NCBI GenBank assembly: GCA_030141605.1
Contig: JAQGDQ010000182.1
Location: forward strand, 1-64,000
Origin: Tubiluchus corallicola
Taxonomy: Eukaryota > Animalia > Priapulida
Length of the DNA: 64,000 bases
Reading direction: 5' to 3'
Made by a program: the position numbers and the translations under genes. A model generated the notes under the pieces. The model saw nothing but the letters and a program-made list of their open reading frames with translations, did no database searches and was not told the DNA's origin. Below are positions 35,675-48,734 of this stretch, piece by piece (positions within the stretch are counted from its first letter, which is position 1; each line of letters begins with the position of its first letter).

Positions 35675-36512
35675 GCTGCTACTACTACTACCACTACCAC
35701 TACCACTACTACTAATACTAGTACCACCACCACCAAAACCACCAACACCACCAACACCACCACCACCAACTCCACCACCACCGACACCACCACCACCACC
35801 ACCACCACTACCACAACCACCATCACCACCACCACCACCACCACTACTACTAGTACTACTACAATCATATAACATGTAATAACTATAAACAGAAATGTAT
35901 TCTGTTCACTGAAATGTCTCTCGGATAGGTTTCTTTTCTTATATTGCATAAAATCAGGTTTTATTCAAATAAAATAATTATCACAGTACCTTTATTCCAG
36001 TGACTGAAACTTACCCAAAAATGTGCAGTCGCATTAACGTCAAACGTTTTTTGTATAAGGTGATCAGGGGAATCCAATATATCTTTGCCAGTTACAATAC
36101 CAGCATTGTTTATTAGCATTGTTACCCCCCCAACTTCTTCCTGAGTCTTTTTGGCTGCTTTGTAAATCTCTTCTTTCCTGCTAACATCTACGCTGTACGT
36201 ATAAACTTTAGCACCTGTTTTGCGAACTTCTTCGGCTGTTTCTTCATTTGCTTTATTATTAATGTCCCACTGAACTATCGTGCATCCTAGATTTGCTAAT
36301 TTTATGCACAGTAGACGTCCCATGCCACTTCCGGCTCCTGTCACCACAACGATTTCTCCTTCTAGATCCTTGCTTTTCATACTAGCTGGCACAAAAAACA
36401 TGATTATTGCTTTTAAAATTAATAAATGAACTTTGACAAAGACTACGACAGTTTCGACAATGACAGGCCAGATATTAGCCGCCATTTGCTGACAATTGTT
36501 GGTTGTAGGCAT
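32076..36512 (-). CDS. SDR16C5: SDR16C-family short-chain dehydrogenase (epidermal retinol dehydrogenase 2-like), paralog B, 5 exons, 320 aa
   Basis: complement(join(32076-32169,32545-32670,33171-33266,34564-34712,36015-36512)). [22 protein letters not shown]; exon sizes 498/149/96/126 are identical to paralog A. The symbol means '-like'. Confidence 0.9.
32545..32670 (-). CDS. SDR16C paralog B exon 4 ([18 protein letters not shown]...[12 protein letters not shown])
   Basis: Acceptor ttttaaag|G; donor GG|GTAAAT. Confidence 0.92.
33171..33266 (-). CDS. SDR16C paralog B exon 3 ([31 protein letters not shown])
   Basis: Acceptor ttgccag|G; donor AA|GTAAGA. Confidence 0.93.
34564..34712 (-). CDS. 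SDR16C paralog B exon 2 (TTKAFLPYM...[16 protein letters not shown])
   Basis: Acceptor tttgcag|ACA; donor AG|GTTTGC. Confidence 0.93.
35614..35862. repeat. Compound trinucleotide microsatellite (GCT/ACT/ACC) in SDR paralog B intron 1
   Basis: Visible directly; explains the poly-T/V/P/G ORFs in the track. Confidence 0.95.
36015..36512 (-). CDS. SDR16C paralog B exon 1 (MPTTNN...DVNATAHFW)
   Basis: ORF 35961-36512; donor TGG|GTAAGT. Confidence 0.93.
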
Positions 36513-36989
36513 GTCTGTTCTCGTCTAAAGCACTCCAGCTGTATTAAAAATCTTTATTTTACCACGGTTTAGTATCAATCACTGCTTTTTCGAAAAGTTT
36601 GCCTAAGGTTGTTATCGATCAGATACGTATAGCAATGTAAACTGCACTACAGAGCCTTTCTGTGCTGAAAAGGGGCAACCTTGACCCAAAGCCTGTGTTT
36701 GTACGAATTATTAAATGCTATGCTCCAGGCACTCATGCCGAACTTCCCACTGATGGCAGTGTATAAAATAAGAGCATGAAGTTTGAATTGCCTAAGTAGA
36801 TGTCACTTCATTTCATTTATTACGTAATCTTACTTAAGAACAAAAATACATATAGTCATCATATAATTAACATATAATTATTGTGAATATGGTTACTAAA
36901 TTTTAAGTTATGATTGACAGTGATCAGACGACGATCAGACGATTTTGCTGGAAGTAAAATATGTTACGTAAAATAATCATTCTTGGGAT

Positions 36990-37140
36990 TTTGACTTATA
37001 GAAATTTGAAGTTACCAAATTTTTATTAGTTGACAATATCTTTCATAGGTGCTTAGATTGTATCACTGTCAGCTGCACTTACATGGTGATAAAGTTTAAC
37101 ATCATCAGCGTAAAGCTTAACAGATGCACAATTTACAATA
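36990..37140 (-). mobile_element. LINE (CR1/L2-like) reverse-transcriptase remnant
   Basis: The minus strand reads IVNCASVKLYADDVKLYHHV, and further on W*LQISIS. Confidence 0.7.
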
Positions 37141-39975
37141 GTAGGAAAAATATTGTAGCTTCTTAATGAACTTCTCACCAGTCCCATCAATGAAATTGGG
37201 ATAACAGATTGGAAGAGGTAAAAATTATTAAATTAATATCGACTACATGATGATTAATTTGATATTAAATAAAGAATAACATTTGTTCGAGATTTAAACT
37301 AGGCAATGTTTTTACGTGCCATTGTGTCGGAGAAGCGAACCTTATAATCAGGGTTTGTGCTCGATTCAAAGAAGAGAAAATCTTTACTTTTCAATATCTC
37401 AGATCTTTAGAGTTATATGCTAAACTTTTACTGTTAACTTATTGTTTTTTCCAGAAACTGCGAAAAAATCTTAAAATCATTTAACCATGAACTAGGTCTA
37501 TTTGAACATTCGGAAGCAATATTGCTGTTACATCACTAATTTGTCAATGTAGTTATCAGAACGATAATTACTGCTGTAATAACCGGATCCCTTTAATACT
37601 AGTAATAAACAGCAAATTATTACAGAGAACATTTTTCCAGGCGTTGGTAGGATAGTCTCTCTGCTAGAATAGTAACTCCATCCTGCACTGCCTTCTACTG
37701 GCAGAATTTGTTATCAGGTTCAGAATATATTTGAAGAATGAAGATCAACAGCCATTATTAGCTGTTCCAGTGTCCTTTCTTGACGACACCAAGTTTAAGA
37801 ATTATTTGTTTCTACGACAAGGCGGGTCCCATGGGACACAGTTATTATTATGGCCGCAATACAACAAATTCAGTGGTTTGAAATAAAGAAAAATGTTTAC
37901 AAAAAAAAATCGGGGGTCTGCGAAGCTATTGATGAAGCGAATTTCTCATGGGCCATTTTAAGAAAAACTCGTCATTTACTATTGTTGTACGTACCTATTA
38001 TTTTTGTAGTACAAAATTACCGTTGTATCTACACGTTTTTTTATTATTATAACGTAAGCTTGAGCTTTATGAAAGAAATGAGACAAGTCCAGAGAAAATC
38101 AAGCTGAGTAGGTCCTCTCTGCAGTAAAACGCAAGACAAAAACAAGAGAAGACAGAAAAGTATCATTTATAATCTTTAACAGTTTGATAAAAATTGAACA
38201 TTCAAAATGCTGAAAAATATCCGCTTGTGTGTAAACACTGTAAAACTCCAATTTGTTAGAGTGCTAAGCTAGCATATATATACATTATGTAAACTATATA
38301 TATAGCACCATGCAGCGTATTAATACCAAAGAATTATTAATTGCATAATGCATGCGTTAGAGTTTTAGCATTATGCACGTACTATAATTATTTTTTTCAC
38401 TTTAATTTCAGTACATAGAAAGTATCATAGAGCAGTAAAATGACTTTAGTCAAGTAAAGTAACAGGACTAAGATCACTGTTTAAAAATGCTACTAAAGAC
38501 ATAAAATAAATGCTTTCAAAAAGGAGAAAGGATTAGTAAGCTAAATATTTAAAAAAGGGCTAGTAAGTGCAAATTTTTAATAGGCAAAAATATTTGAAGT
38601 TAAAATGACATCAGTGTTAAAAATAAAATTGCGCATGACTTCAAAGCTTAATTTAAAACCCGTTGGCGAAGGCTAAAATATATTTTACATAAAATCACTT
38701 TAAAATGATTAGGCCTACAGACATTCTCTGCACATATTCTTATATGCTGTGGTATGCCTCTACAGTAAGCAAAGAATTTCGCCAATGCAAAATAGCAGGC
38801 CGTTTTTGATTTTCTAATATTACCAACATGAAAACTGGTCTAGAGTTTATGAACAGGAAAGATATGAACAAGAAATTTTAAATAGAACACGCTTGACATA
38901 AACCAACAGAGCAAAAACTAGAACTTTTGCAAAAAATATAAAACAAGCGTAATTAAAATAGACGTAGTATAGTACAAGCGTGTGGCTCATAAGTTTGTTT
39001 AAATTTGGCCTGTCTGGGAATTAGCGGAAAACGAATAATGGGAAAATGCACATTCATTAATCTAAATTATGCTAAATTATTATGTGATTGAAACTGCTTT
39101 TATTCAGCGCTATTATTTTTCATTAGTGAATTTAGCTAGGCGTCTGGAAAACAAATGACTGCATTTTACAAATAAATTCACACTTTTCCTGATTATGACA
39201 CACGATATTCGCGGTATACTGTGTGTTTATAATATCTATTTCAGCGTAATATACATGTCATATAAAAGTACATATAGGCCAGATTAAAAAAATATACAGT
39301 AACTATAATAAAATTAATGCCTAAATTGAAAAATATAATTAAATTTGAACTATATTTGTAATTAACTGTTGACAGGTGTCTTTCGCTTTAAGGAAATGGA
39401 CAAAAATAGGAGATTATTAGACTAAGATTCAGCGTACGATTAGATTATTATAACAGTCTAATTCTTGGAATTCCCAATTGTGAAATTAAAATAGTTCAGC
39501 TCATTAAAATTTCGCAGCGAGATGCATTAGAAAAACAAAGAAGTGTAATGGTACTATTCCAATTTTTCGGCAGTTACATATATGGGCTTCTCCTAAAGCA
39601 ACGAACTAAATTCAAACTTTTTGTATTACTTATAAAAAATTACACAATATGGCGCTCGTCTACTTAGAGAACTACTGACAAGGCATATACAATATATAGC
39701 ACTCATTGTCTTCGTTTCAATACGTCAGGTTCAATCAACCTGGAACAACCAATTAGCAATACTGTTTACTATAAAGTATAGAGACAGAGCTTTTTGGAAC
39801 AATTTACCAACTTTTATCAATTTGACACAAGTTTTTTTAAACTTCTATGATTATAATGGCTTTAAAATTTCAAATTTAAATGTATTAGTATTTTATCATT
39901 TTAAAATTTTACTGTCATATGTAGGCCTTATGGGTTGAGATGTTTTAACCATGTAGTGCGTTTGATAAGAATGAA

Positions 39976-39996
39976 TTGTTGTTGTTGTTATTATTA

Positions 39997-40043
<47 letters not shown>

Positions 40044-40074
40044 TAATTAATTAATTAATTAATTAATTAATTAA
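39976..40074. repeat. (TTG)n-(TTA)n-(TTAA)n compound microsatellite
   Basis: Visible directly in the sequence. Confidence 0.95.
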
Positions 40075-41399
40075 GGTGCGAGAAACCGCCTGCAGCTCAC
40101 TATCTCACTATAAAAATAGTCCTATGTCGACAGGGTTCTTAAATAGAGTTTACGAAATAACGCAAAGAACTTCAACGAATAATAGTTGATTAACTGATTT
40201 ACTGCAAACTTTATAACCTTTATTGTTAATTTAACTAAACTCGAGACAGAAGCATTAACATGTACTACAAGCAGGGGAATGCACTTTGCTTTTTTGCCTT
40301 TAGTGCCATTAAATTAATTTCTCACCAGTTTATCCCAATGCACAGATAAATGTTAAGTAATACAGCAATGGTTTAAGAAGTTAATAATAAATGCTGGAAA
40401 ACCCAAGTCAGTAGACTTACAATATCAGACTAAAGTATCAAAAACTTTGCTTGCTTTACTCAGATAAATAAAACCAGATTCATCTTTGTTTGCAATGAGA
40501 AAACACTAATAGATGCAAATTTACATCTTTGTATATTTTTTGTGTCCAAACTGAAAATCAATAGACTAGATACAAACGAAAGAACCGCATTTGATTTTAG
40601 TCACTTGTTTCAGAATTTTCCAAGAAACATTGCATAAAACAGTGGCAATGTCACGATTTTTTATCACAAGAACTATTACAATTTTAAAAAGTTGCCGCTA
40701 CGTACCATTTTCTAAACGAATTAGCTTTAATAAGACTACTTATTTATTTAAACGATTTTAAACCTGCTATTTGCGATAATAAAATAGTGAAACCAAATTG
40801 AAATAAACTCAAACAGTTAGCCAAAAAGTTCAAAATTACTTAAATTTATTACAATGAAATATTGAAAAAACAAACACGCAGGAATGTGTGGAATTGAACT
40901 AAGTGCCTTTAGAAATGCAAGCCCAACCAGCTAGATTATTTCTACTCGGTTTTAAAAGGCAACGGCACATTTCTAGTGAATCATGTATCTCATGTGACGT
41001 ATAATCCGATTACAATCATAGCATATGAACCCCAACAAGGATCACATCTCGCTAATCTCTTTCTTGAAAAGTCGGCAGTAACAAGATTGCCGAATCTGAT
41101 GAGTGTAGCTTTAAAGTCGTTCTTGAAGAAAATGGCTTCCTTGGTTCGGAGATAAACGTTTGTCAGTTGAGTCTTTAGAGACAAACATGGTCGCAATCAG
41201 CAGTAAATCAGTTCTGATAAAAACAGCCCTTAGAAATTGTGTTAATATACGAGTCAAAGCCTCGAGGTTTTGGACCCTGGCGACATTTTGTGCAAGAATC
41301 AATATTTCACAAGAGAAAAGTGAGAAAAGTGATAGAAACTTGTAAATAAAACTAATGTCTTTGATGAACAAAAATGAATATACAAGCATAAGACTACTG

Positions 41400-41880
41400 T
41401 CTTCGTAATAGTCGCAATAATCGTCATCACCATTGTCGCCAACGTCGTGATTGCTATCATTGTCCCCATCATAATTATTGTCATCATCCCTGTCAGTATC
41501 ACGGGCCTTCTTATTATTGCCCTTTTCTTCGTTGTGTCAACAGTGGCAGAAGTGATAACCGCATCCATCATCATCTTTGACAACAATGTTACGTCACTAT
41601 CAACATCACTAGGATCATTACCGTCAGTGTCACCATTTGCCATTGGTGTCGTTATCGTCATTCTTGTTGTTGTTGTAATTGTTGATGACGAGAATGGGTT
41701 GACGACAATTGCGATACTATTTCTTTCAGCGACTTTATCACAGTCGTTGTTGTGAAACTCGGTGACAATGATGATGATAATGATGATATGATGATGATGA
41801 TGATGATGTGATGATTATAGTGACGATAATGACGACGACGACGACGATGATGGTGATGATGATGGTGATGACGATGAAAT
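41400..41880. repeat. Degenerate trinucleotide low-complexity tract (CAT/CGT-rich then GAT/GAC-rich)
   Basis: Visible directly in the sequence. Confidence 0.8.
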
Positions 41881-42044
41881 GACAATTAACATTGTTGTTT
41901 GTTCATTTTGCCTTTGCCGTACTGTAAGTATTGCACTATGATTGCACAGTATTGCATTTTTATCGTTTTTGTGCAAGTATTTTTATGGAAAAATCTGAAA
42001 TCCGATAAAGTTGTTCAACCAACTAATCAGTTAATCAAGCAACC

Positions 42045-42250
42045 AGTCAGTCAGCGAGTCAGTCAGTAAGTCAGTGAGCCAGTCAGTCAGTGAGTCAGTC
42101 AGTCAGTGAGTCAATCAGTCAGTCAGTCAGTCAGTCAGTCAGTCAGTCAGTCAGTCAGTCAGTCAGTCAGTCAGTCAATCACTCAATCAATCAATATACC
42201 AACCAACCAACCAACCAACCAACCAACCAGCCAACCAATAAACTAACCAA
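42045..42250. repeat. (AGTC)n followed by (AATC)/(AACC)n tetranucleotide repeats
   Basis: Visible directly in the sequence. Confidence 0.95.
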
Positions 42251-44999
42251 TAAATGTTTTTTGTACAGATTATGTGGCTTTTTGTTAATAAAGTGATTAA
42301 CTAGTTGATGATTTCAACCTGACTCTTAAATGCACACTGCGTGCGCATGATCCTCGTTTATATTAGAGTCTGGAAGTCACTCATTCATTTCTCCCTATAT
42401 AGACGGTGCATCATCATTACACTTAATATTGCTATTATGGCGATGATTCATTAATTATAGCCAAGCTGAAACTGTCACACGTTCCACTATTATTAATAAC
42501 AATGATCTTTCTATATCTCGTCTGCCTCCGTGCCTTGCATCAACTCAGGCGAGAAGGCTGAGAGCAGTTGCAATTGTATGGTGGAGTTGCAAGCTATTTC
42601 GGCTGCTGAGTGGTAATTGGTAAGTACAATTATTGGGTTTACTTCGACGTTTTTTTCGTGATATGGAGGCCACACCTCTAAAATTGAAGCTGTCTCTTTG
42701 TAGACAGTTTTTATCTTGCGCTTGAGTGAGAAATCCACAGGGCGTCTTTTCCCAGAGGGGTTCGAGTGAGAACACGGAAAAATAACGCACAGCCAGTATA
42801 TTCGATGGGAATTTGAAAATTTTCTGTTGAGGAATTATATGCCTGTTGCAGTTAAGGATTGGGTTCCTCATACGTAGTGTGAATGGTTTTAAAGCACCGG
42901 TTTTAAAGCATTGATGTTGCTACATTAGGGTAATAAAATATCAATAACTTAACTTATTTGATTTTAATATTTTTACATACATGTTATGTATTTCTGCATC
43001 ATTACTTTGCTGTAGTGTTTTTCCATGTATAGTGCAGCTATACTAAATGTTTAGCCTTCAATTTTGCTGCAGTGTGATTAGTCCATCATTTCGAAAGGAA
43101 AATGTAAGTTAAGAAATGCTAAGGTTCCCTTTACCAGCTCAATTTCTTTTATACCATTATCCTGTTTTTAGGTACTTTAACGTTTAAATATTTATTTCTG
43201 CATATTACATATTATTATTGCTGCTTTGTTGCTACTTAGTTTGCTATTTTGCTTTGTAGCGCTGTCCATTTTGAAATTTTCTGTTTTGCGAAATATTTTT
43301 CGACATTTGATTTTTTAATCCTTATTTCCTGTTTTGAGTTAATTTTAAACAATCAAAACAAAACAGTACGTATCATTGCACATGGCACTTTTATGCTAAT
43401 TACTGTACTCAGGTTTATTGTTTTATTTTTCACATTTCACTGATATCTTAAACTAGTTGCTCGCGATTTCAAAACAACTTTTTCAAATTTTCATAATATT
43501 ATTTGAAAATATATTAAACTTGGTTCATGTGTCGATGCACGATCAACACATTTATCTGGGAATTCCAAATAAAAAAGTCGCATTTTTAACATCAAATTAC
43601 TTGTCAAACATATTTTTATGAAGCGTGAGAAGACACGCTAAGGTCTCTGAAAGCATTAAATTAAAATGTCACTTTTAAGAAATTGCCTGATTATCATTTC
43701 ACACAAAAAGTTTATCGCGAATTAGTGCATTTTACAAAAAAGAGAAAAACTGCTGTACAGCATTCGACTTAAGAAAAATCTAGAAATTTTTAAGTAAAAT
43801 GAGAATTCTTGACGGATGGAAAAATTGCTCGTACCTTCAAAAGCTGTTACAAAAAGCATCGCGAATTACTCACAATTGGTTGCCGATGAACGGTTTCAGA
43901 AAAAGAAAAAAAAGTAGAATCCTAATGAAATTTAATGGAAATTTGTGCGTAAAAATCTCAATTATACAACTGTGTAGTCGCCGTTAGTGTTGGAGAAGAA
44001 AAAGTTAAGAAGAAGAAGAAGCTCTCGAAGAAGTTGTGTTCTCTGCTTGTGAATGGTTTACAGGAGGATGAAAGCCCATGCGAATGAGGCTAAGACATCT
44101 ATGCCAGTTTATCGTCTTTTCAGATTACCCCCGATAAGAAACTAGATACCAGCCCTACCGCCAGCCAGTCATTTTACTGGCCTTTATCGTTCAGTGATGG
44201 ATTGCTACTCAATCGTACGCCGTACTGAATAAAAAATAGCAAACATTTATCAATGAAGTTCTAATTGGCATTGGCGCATGTGATTATTTCTTTTTGCTTC
44301 ATTTCTTTCTGTTGACAATGCGTTAGGTTGACCGTCAGCCAATGCCGTCAGACGTGTTGAAGCTGCAGCCATCTAGCGGCAAAAATCTGGATTCTTCGCG
44401 CTACTTTCATTTGCAAGCGCGAGTAATTACTTGCAATTTTACACGACCACTTAGAGAGTGAACAAATTTTTTAAGGGCACAGTCGACCAAACAGTCTAGC
44501 CAGAGCCTACGTATTGTTACGCCATTGTGATGAAAATCTAATGGCATTTGCTGTGGTTACATTTGCTTCAGCACTAACTGAACTAATTAAGGAAAATTGC
44601 GCTTCGATTTTTCGGTGCCAGTGTTAAGGGACGTATTCACGTTTTGTGGTGCTAAGTGCTATATTGGTCACACTTTGTCCGGTTGCTTAATAATTCGCAA
44701 CGTGCCGTATTAGGCGTTATTCATCAGGTTCAGACTCGTGTTGAGTGCTTTCATGGATTGTACCATTGTCGCACCTGATGCAATATTGACCGCTACTTCG
44801 ATTAATAGGCGTCAAACAGTGTCCACTGATTTACTTTATCAAACTTTAATCATGCACGCACACTTGTTGTTGACAAGACTCCAATGATTTGCATGAACAA
44901 ACCATGAAACACGTACCCAGTGTAGTAATACAGGGAAACCGTGTGCTGTCCTCTAACTTGGTGGTAGAGAAAACGCCTCCCACCTTCGTCCTAGACGCG

Positions 45000-45352
45000 A
45001 TTGTGAGAGACACATCGTCGTGTAGCCCGGTTTCTCTTCTTTCCAAAGAGCTATAAATTTCCCACAAGACTTCCACCAAGCACCGCTATTGATTGTATTA
45101 CCATTACAAATAAACAAAACAGATTAAATCAACAGTGAGAGATGTTTACTAGAGACAAAATTCCCTTACAAAGGAATATTGTGCCTCGAACGTACACGAC
45201 AAATAACAATTAATTCATACAAATGATAAACTTAATTATCACAACAATGGTACATAAAGTAAATATACGGTGTTTCTCGACAACCGTGTACAAAAATGTC
45301 TTCTTGGCGCTCGGTGGAAATCTGGAAGGAAATTTTTAGCTCTTTGGAGAGA
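45000..45352. mobile_element. Foldback/MITE-like element, second copy of the 26.1-26.4 kb family
   Basis: TCCAAAGAGCTATAAATTTCC (about 45042) pairs with GGAAATTTTTAGCTCTTTGGA (about 45328); the arm sequence is shared with 26298-26380. Confidence 0.7.
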
Positions 45353-45823
45353 ACCCCTCTACGCCGCGGCGTAGGTGAAGTTATCTATCAGGATGAACGA
45401 TTACGAATTAAATGGGGGCGTGTGTGTTTCTGTATAATTATTTCAAGAAATGTTCATCGATCTGTATGAAACTCTAGCAGTTACGGCTTCATTTAATTTG
45501 AATTTGTTCTTTGCCATTTTGCAATAGTTCAAGTGCTAGTTTGCAATCACGACTGCCAGGTGGACTCAACTTGGCAAAACTGTCATGCCTTGTCAGCAAC
45601 GTCGCCAATTTCGTGACACGTGGAATATCTAATATTTCATACACTTCTGTCAGCAGAGTTTTCCGAAATTGCTCTGAAATGATTGATATTCAAAACGTTA
45701 CATTTCATTTTCGCGATTTGCGGGAAAAAGTTTTATATGTTGAATTGACTAAGTAGTCAATATGCAAGCAGTAATGCTGGCAATATTGTTCGACCTTTAA
45801 AGTCTTCCAAGCCGAGAAGCATT

Positions 45824-45860
<37 letters not shown>

Positions 45861-45982
45861 CCATTACAAGTATTACCCATCGTTTCTCCCTCCCTTCTAC
45901 CTTTTGTCCCCCTCTCTCCCCTTCTCTCTCTGTCTCTGTCTCTTTCTCTCTCTGTATGCTATACACATAGTGCTATTATAAG

Positions 45983-46459
<477 letters not shown>

Positions 46460-46462
<3 letters not shown>

Positions 46463-46475
46463 GCCTGTTTGCCTG

Positions 46476-46562
<87 letters not shown>

Positions 46563-47000
46563 GACTGTCCGTCCGTCCGTCCCTCCCTCCCTCTTTACCT
46601 CCCTAACTCCCTCCCCCTCCGTCCGTGCGTGCGTGCGTGCCTGCGTCCGTCCGTCCGTCCGTCCGTCCGTCCGTCCGTCCGTCCGTCCGTCCATCCATCC
46701 ATCCATCCATCCATCCATCCATCCATCTATCATCTATCTATCTATCCATCCATCCATCCATCCATCCATCCATCCATCCATCCATCCATCCATCCATCCA
46801 TCCATCCATCCATCCATCCATCCATCCTTCTATCCACCCATCCTTCTATTTATCCATGCATCCATCCATCCATCCATCAATCCATCCATCCATCCATCCA
46901 TCCATCCATCCATCCATCCATCCATCCATCCATCCATCCATCCATCCATCCATCCATTCATCCATCCATCCATCCATCCAGCTCTCTCTCTCTCTCTCTT
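46460..47000. repeat. Compound tetranucleotide microsatellite (TCTA/TCTG/TCCG/TGCG/TCCA)
   Basis: Visible directly; source of the PSIH-repeat ORFs. Confidence 0.97.
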
Positions 47001-47559
47001 TCTTTCTTCAATTTCTCACTCTGTCTCTCTTCTCCCTCTCTGCTTTATTGCAGACCCTTCCCCCTGTCTCCTCTCCCTTCTTTCTATCTCTCACTGTCTC
47101 TTTACCTCTCTCTATTTTTCTCTTATTAAAATTTCAGTAGTAGTTTAATGCTACGACCGTATAGAGCGGCTAATATAATGGCCTGAGCTTAATTTTATTA
47201 CTTCGCGCTCACACATCCTACATGCTTAGATCTCTAATGGTTTCTCCTAGTCTCTGCTATCGACTCCTCCCAGATTGTTTGCCCTAAAAATCAAAGTACA
47301 CCATTGATTTGAAAATTAAATAACTTGAACCAGTTTCCTCCGTTTACATGGTATTTCTTGGGGGTTTTATAATGTAGTTTATTAGATTAGATTTTATTGT
47401 ATTTGATGCAGCAATTTGATAAACATATTTGTTGAAATCATTAACCCTTTCGTGGCAAATGTAAGGTGGATTCGCTAAGCACAGATGCGGTTTAAAATGA
47501 ATTCGTAATAAAAAGAAGCAAATTTTGCAAAATTTGTTATAGAATCCTTTGCTTAACTG

Positions 47560-47808
47560 TACGGTAGTCGGTTAGAGACATACTAAAAACAAAAACTAAA
47601 TCTATTAGCTCGAAATTCGATTTGGTATCTTGAAATTACGACTTAGTAACTCGATATTTCGACTTAATAACTCGAAATTTCGACGTAGTATCTCGAAATG
47701 TCGACTTGTTAACTTCGACAATTTTTTTCGCCAGTTTTAATCATTACTAAGTCAAACTTTCGAGTTAATAAATTTGTTTTTTTACTATGTCCCTTAGAAG
47801 CCACCGTA
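47560..47808. mobile_element. MITE with ~45-bp imperfect TIRs and an internal 21-bp tandem repeat
   Basis: TACGGTAGTCGGTTAGAGACATACTAAAAA / TTTTTACTATGTCCCTTAGAAGCCACCGTA; internal CTCGAAATTTCGACTTAGTAA-type units. Confidence 0.8.
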
Positions 47809-48637
47809 TAACTGCACTAGTACGTTAGCCGCGCAATTTGTGTATTAGAAACGTAAGCGAATAGAAACTTCGCAGTGTACATAAATAGTGAAAACTGTTT
47901 ACGTTAATTAAGCTGCATCAAAAAGAATAAACGACCGACTACCTTCCAATAGAATTAAATTTTTATGGGATAGCATAGCTGCCCGGATAGCAGAACACCT
48001 GTGTTCGCGTCCCAGGAGAAATGCAAAACTTTTTCAGGCTTCCTAATTTGGAATAGCTTTCGTGCGTATACTTGATTGGCAGTTCGCGTGTTTCCACCAA
48101 TTAACCGCTGGTCTAACAGCTAAATTTTTAGCTAGAGAAATGTCATTAACATTGTTATTGTGTATTTGGTAGCCGCAAACACACTCAAAACGTAAATATA
48201 CAAAAAAATATGCAAATGTAAATTTTAATTTTAATTGCTTATATGTAATCAGGAAAGTAAAACGATAAATCACTTCTGACAATATCATCTTTTTACTTAG
48301 TTATAATATATTAATACTCCAACTTTCAATTGTGGATTTATGCATACTTTATAAGAGGAAAGGGATAAAAGGCCTCGCACTGTTAGAATCTGATTGTCTG
48401 ATTGTTCTTATATTGTCCTCTGATGTCCGGTCTTGCCTTGTCCTATCCTGTCTTGCTTTTCCTCGTCCTGCATCCGCATTGTGCTGCCCTGGAGCCTTGC
48501 AATGTGCCACCCCGAACCGTTGCATTGTGCTGGACCCCTTCCACACGAGATTTGAAGACCCGTTTGGTTACTTTAGTTTGCTTTTGGCGTGAAACCAAAA
48601 CATCTAAATTATGCCTCAATTTGGGCAATACATGGCT

Positions 48638-48734
48638 GATTAGATTAGATTAGTTTAGATTAGAGTAGACTAAATTAGACTGGATTAGATTAAGTTTAAG
48701 ATTAGATTAGGTTAGGTTAGATTAAATTAGATTA
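48638..48734. repeat. Degenerate (TTAGA)n pentanucleotide repeat
   Basis: Visible directly in the sequence. Confidence 0.85.

Noticed and set aside
35494-35949. Poly-Val, poly-Thr, poly-Pro and Gly/Ser ORFs
   Set aside because: All are translations of an intronic trinucleotide microsatellite, open in several frames.
41299-41885. Thr/Met/Asp-rich, Ile-rich and His-rich ORFs
   Set aside because: Degenerate trinucleotide low complexity; no domain or splice support.
41925-41960. TATTGCAC, a miR-92-like seed
   Set aside because: Part of a short ATTGCAC tandem; the rest does not match miR-92 and there is no proper precursor hairpin.
43450-44050. Possible Helentron-associated non-autonomous element (similar-looking tracts near 4380-4560 and 33900-34400)
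   Set aside because: General resemblance only; termini could not be defined.
47981-48016. GCCCGGATAGC resembling the start of tRNA-Lys
   Set aside because: D and anticodon arms are absent; it cannot form a cloverleaf.
48638-48734. TTAGG units suggesting an interstitial telomere
   Set aside because: Only about two TTAGG units within a degenerate TTAGA repeat.
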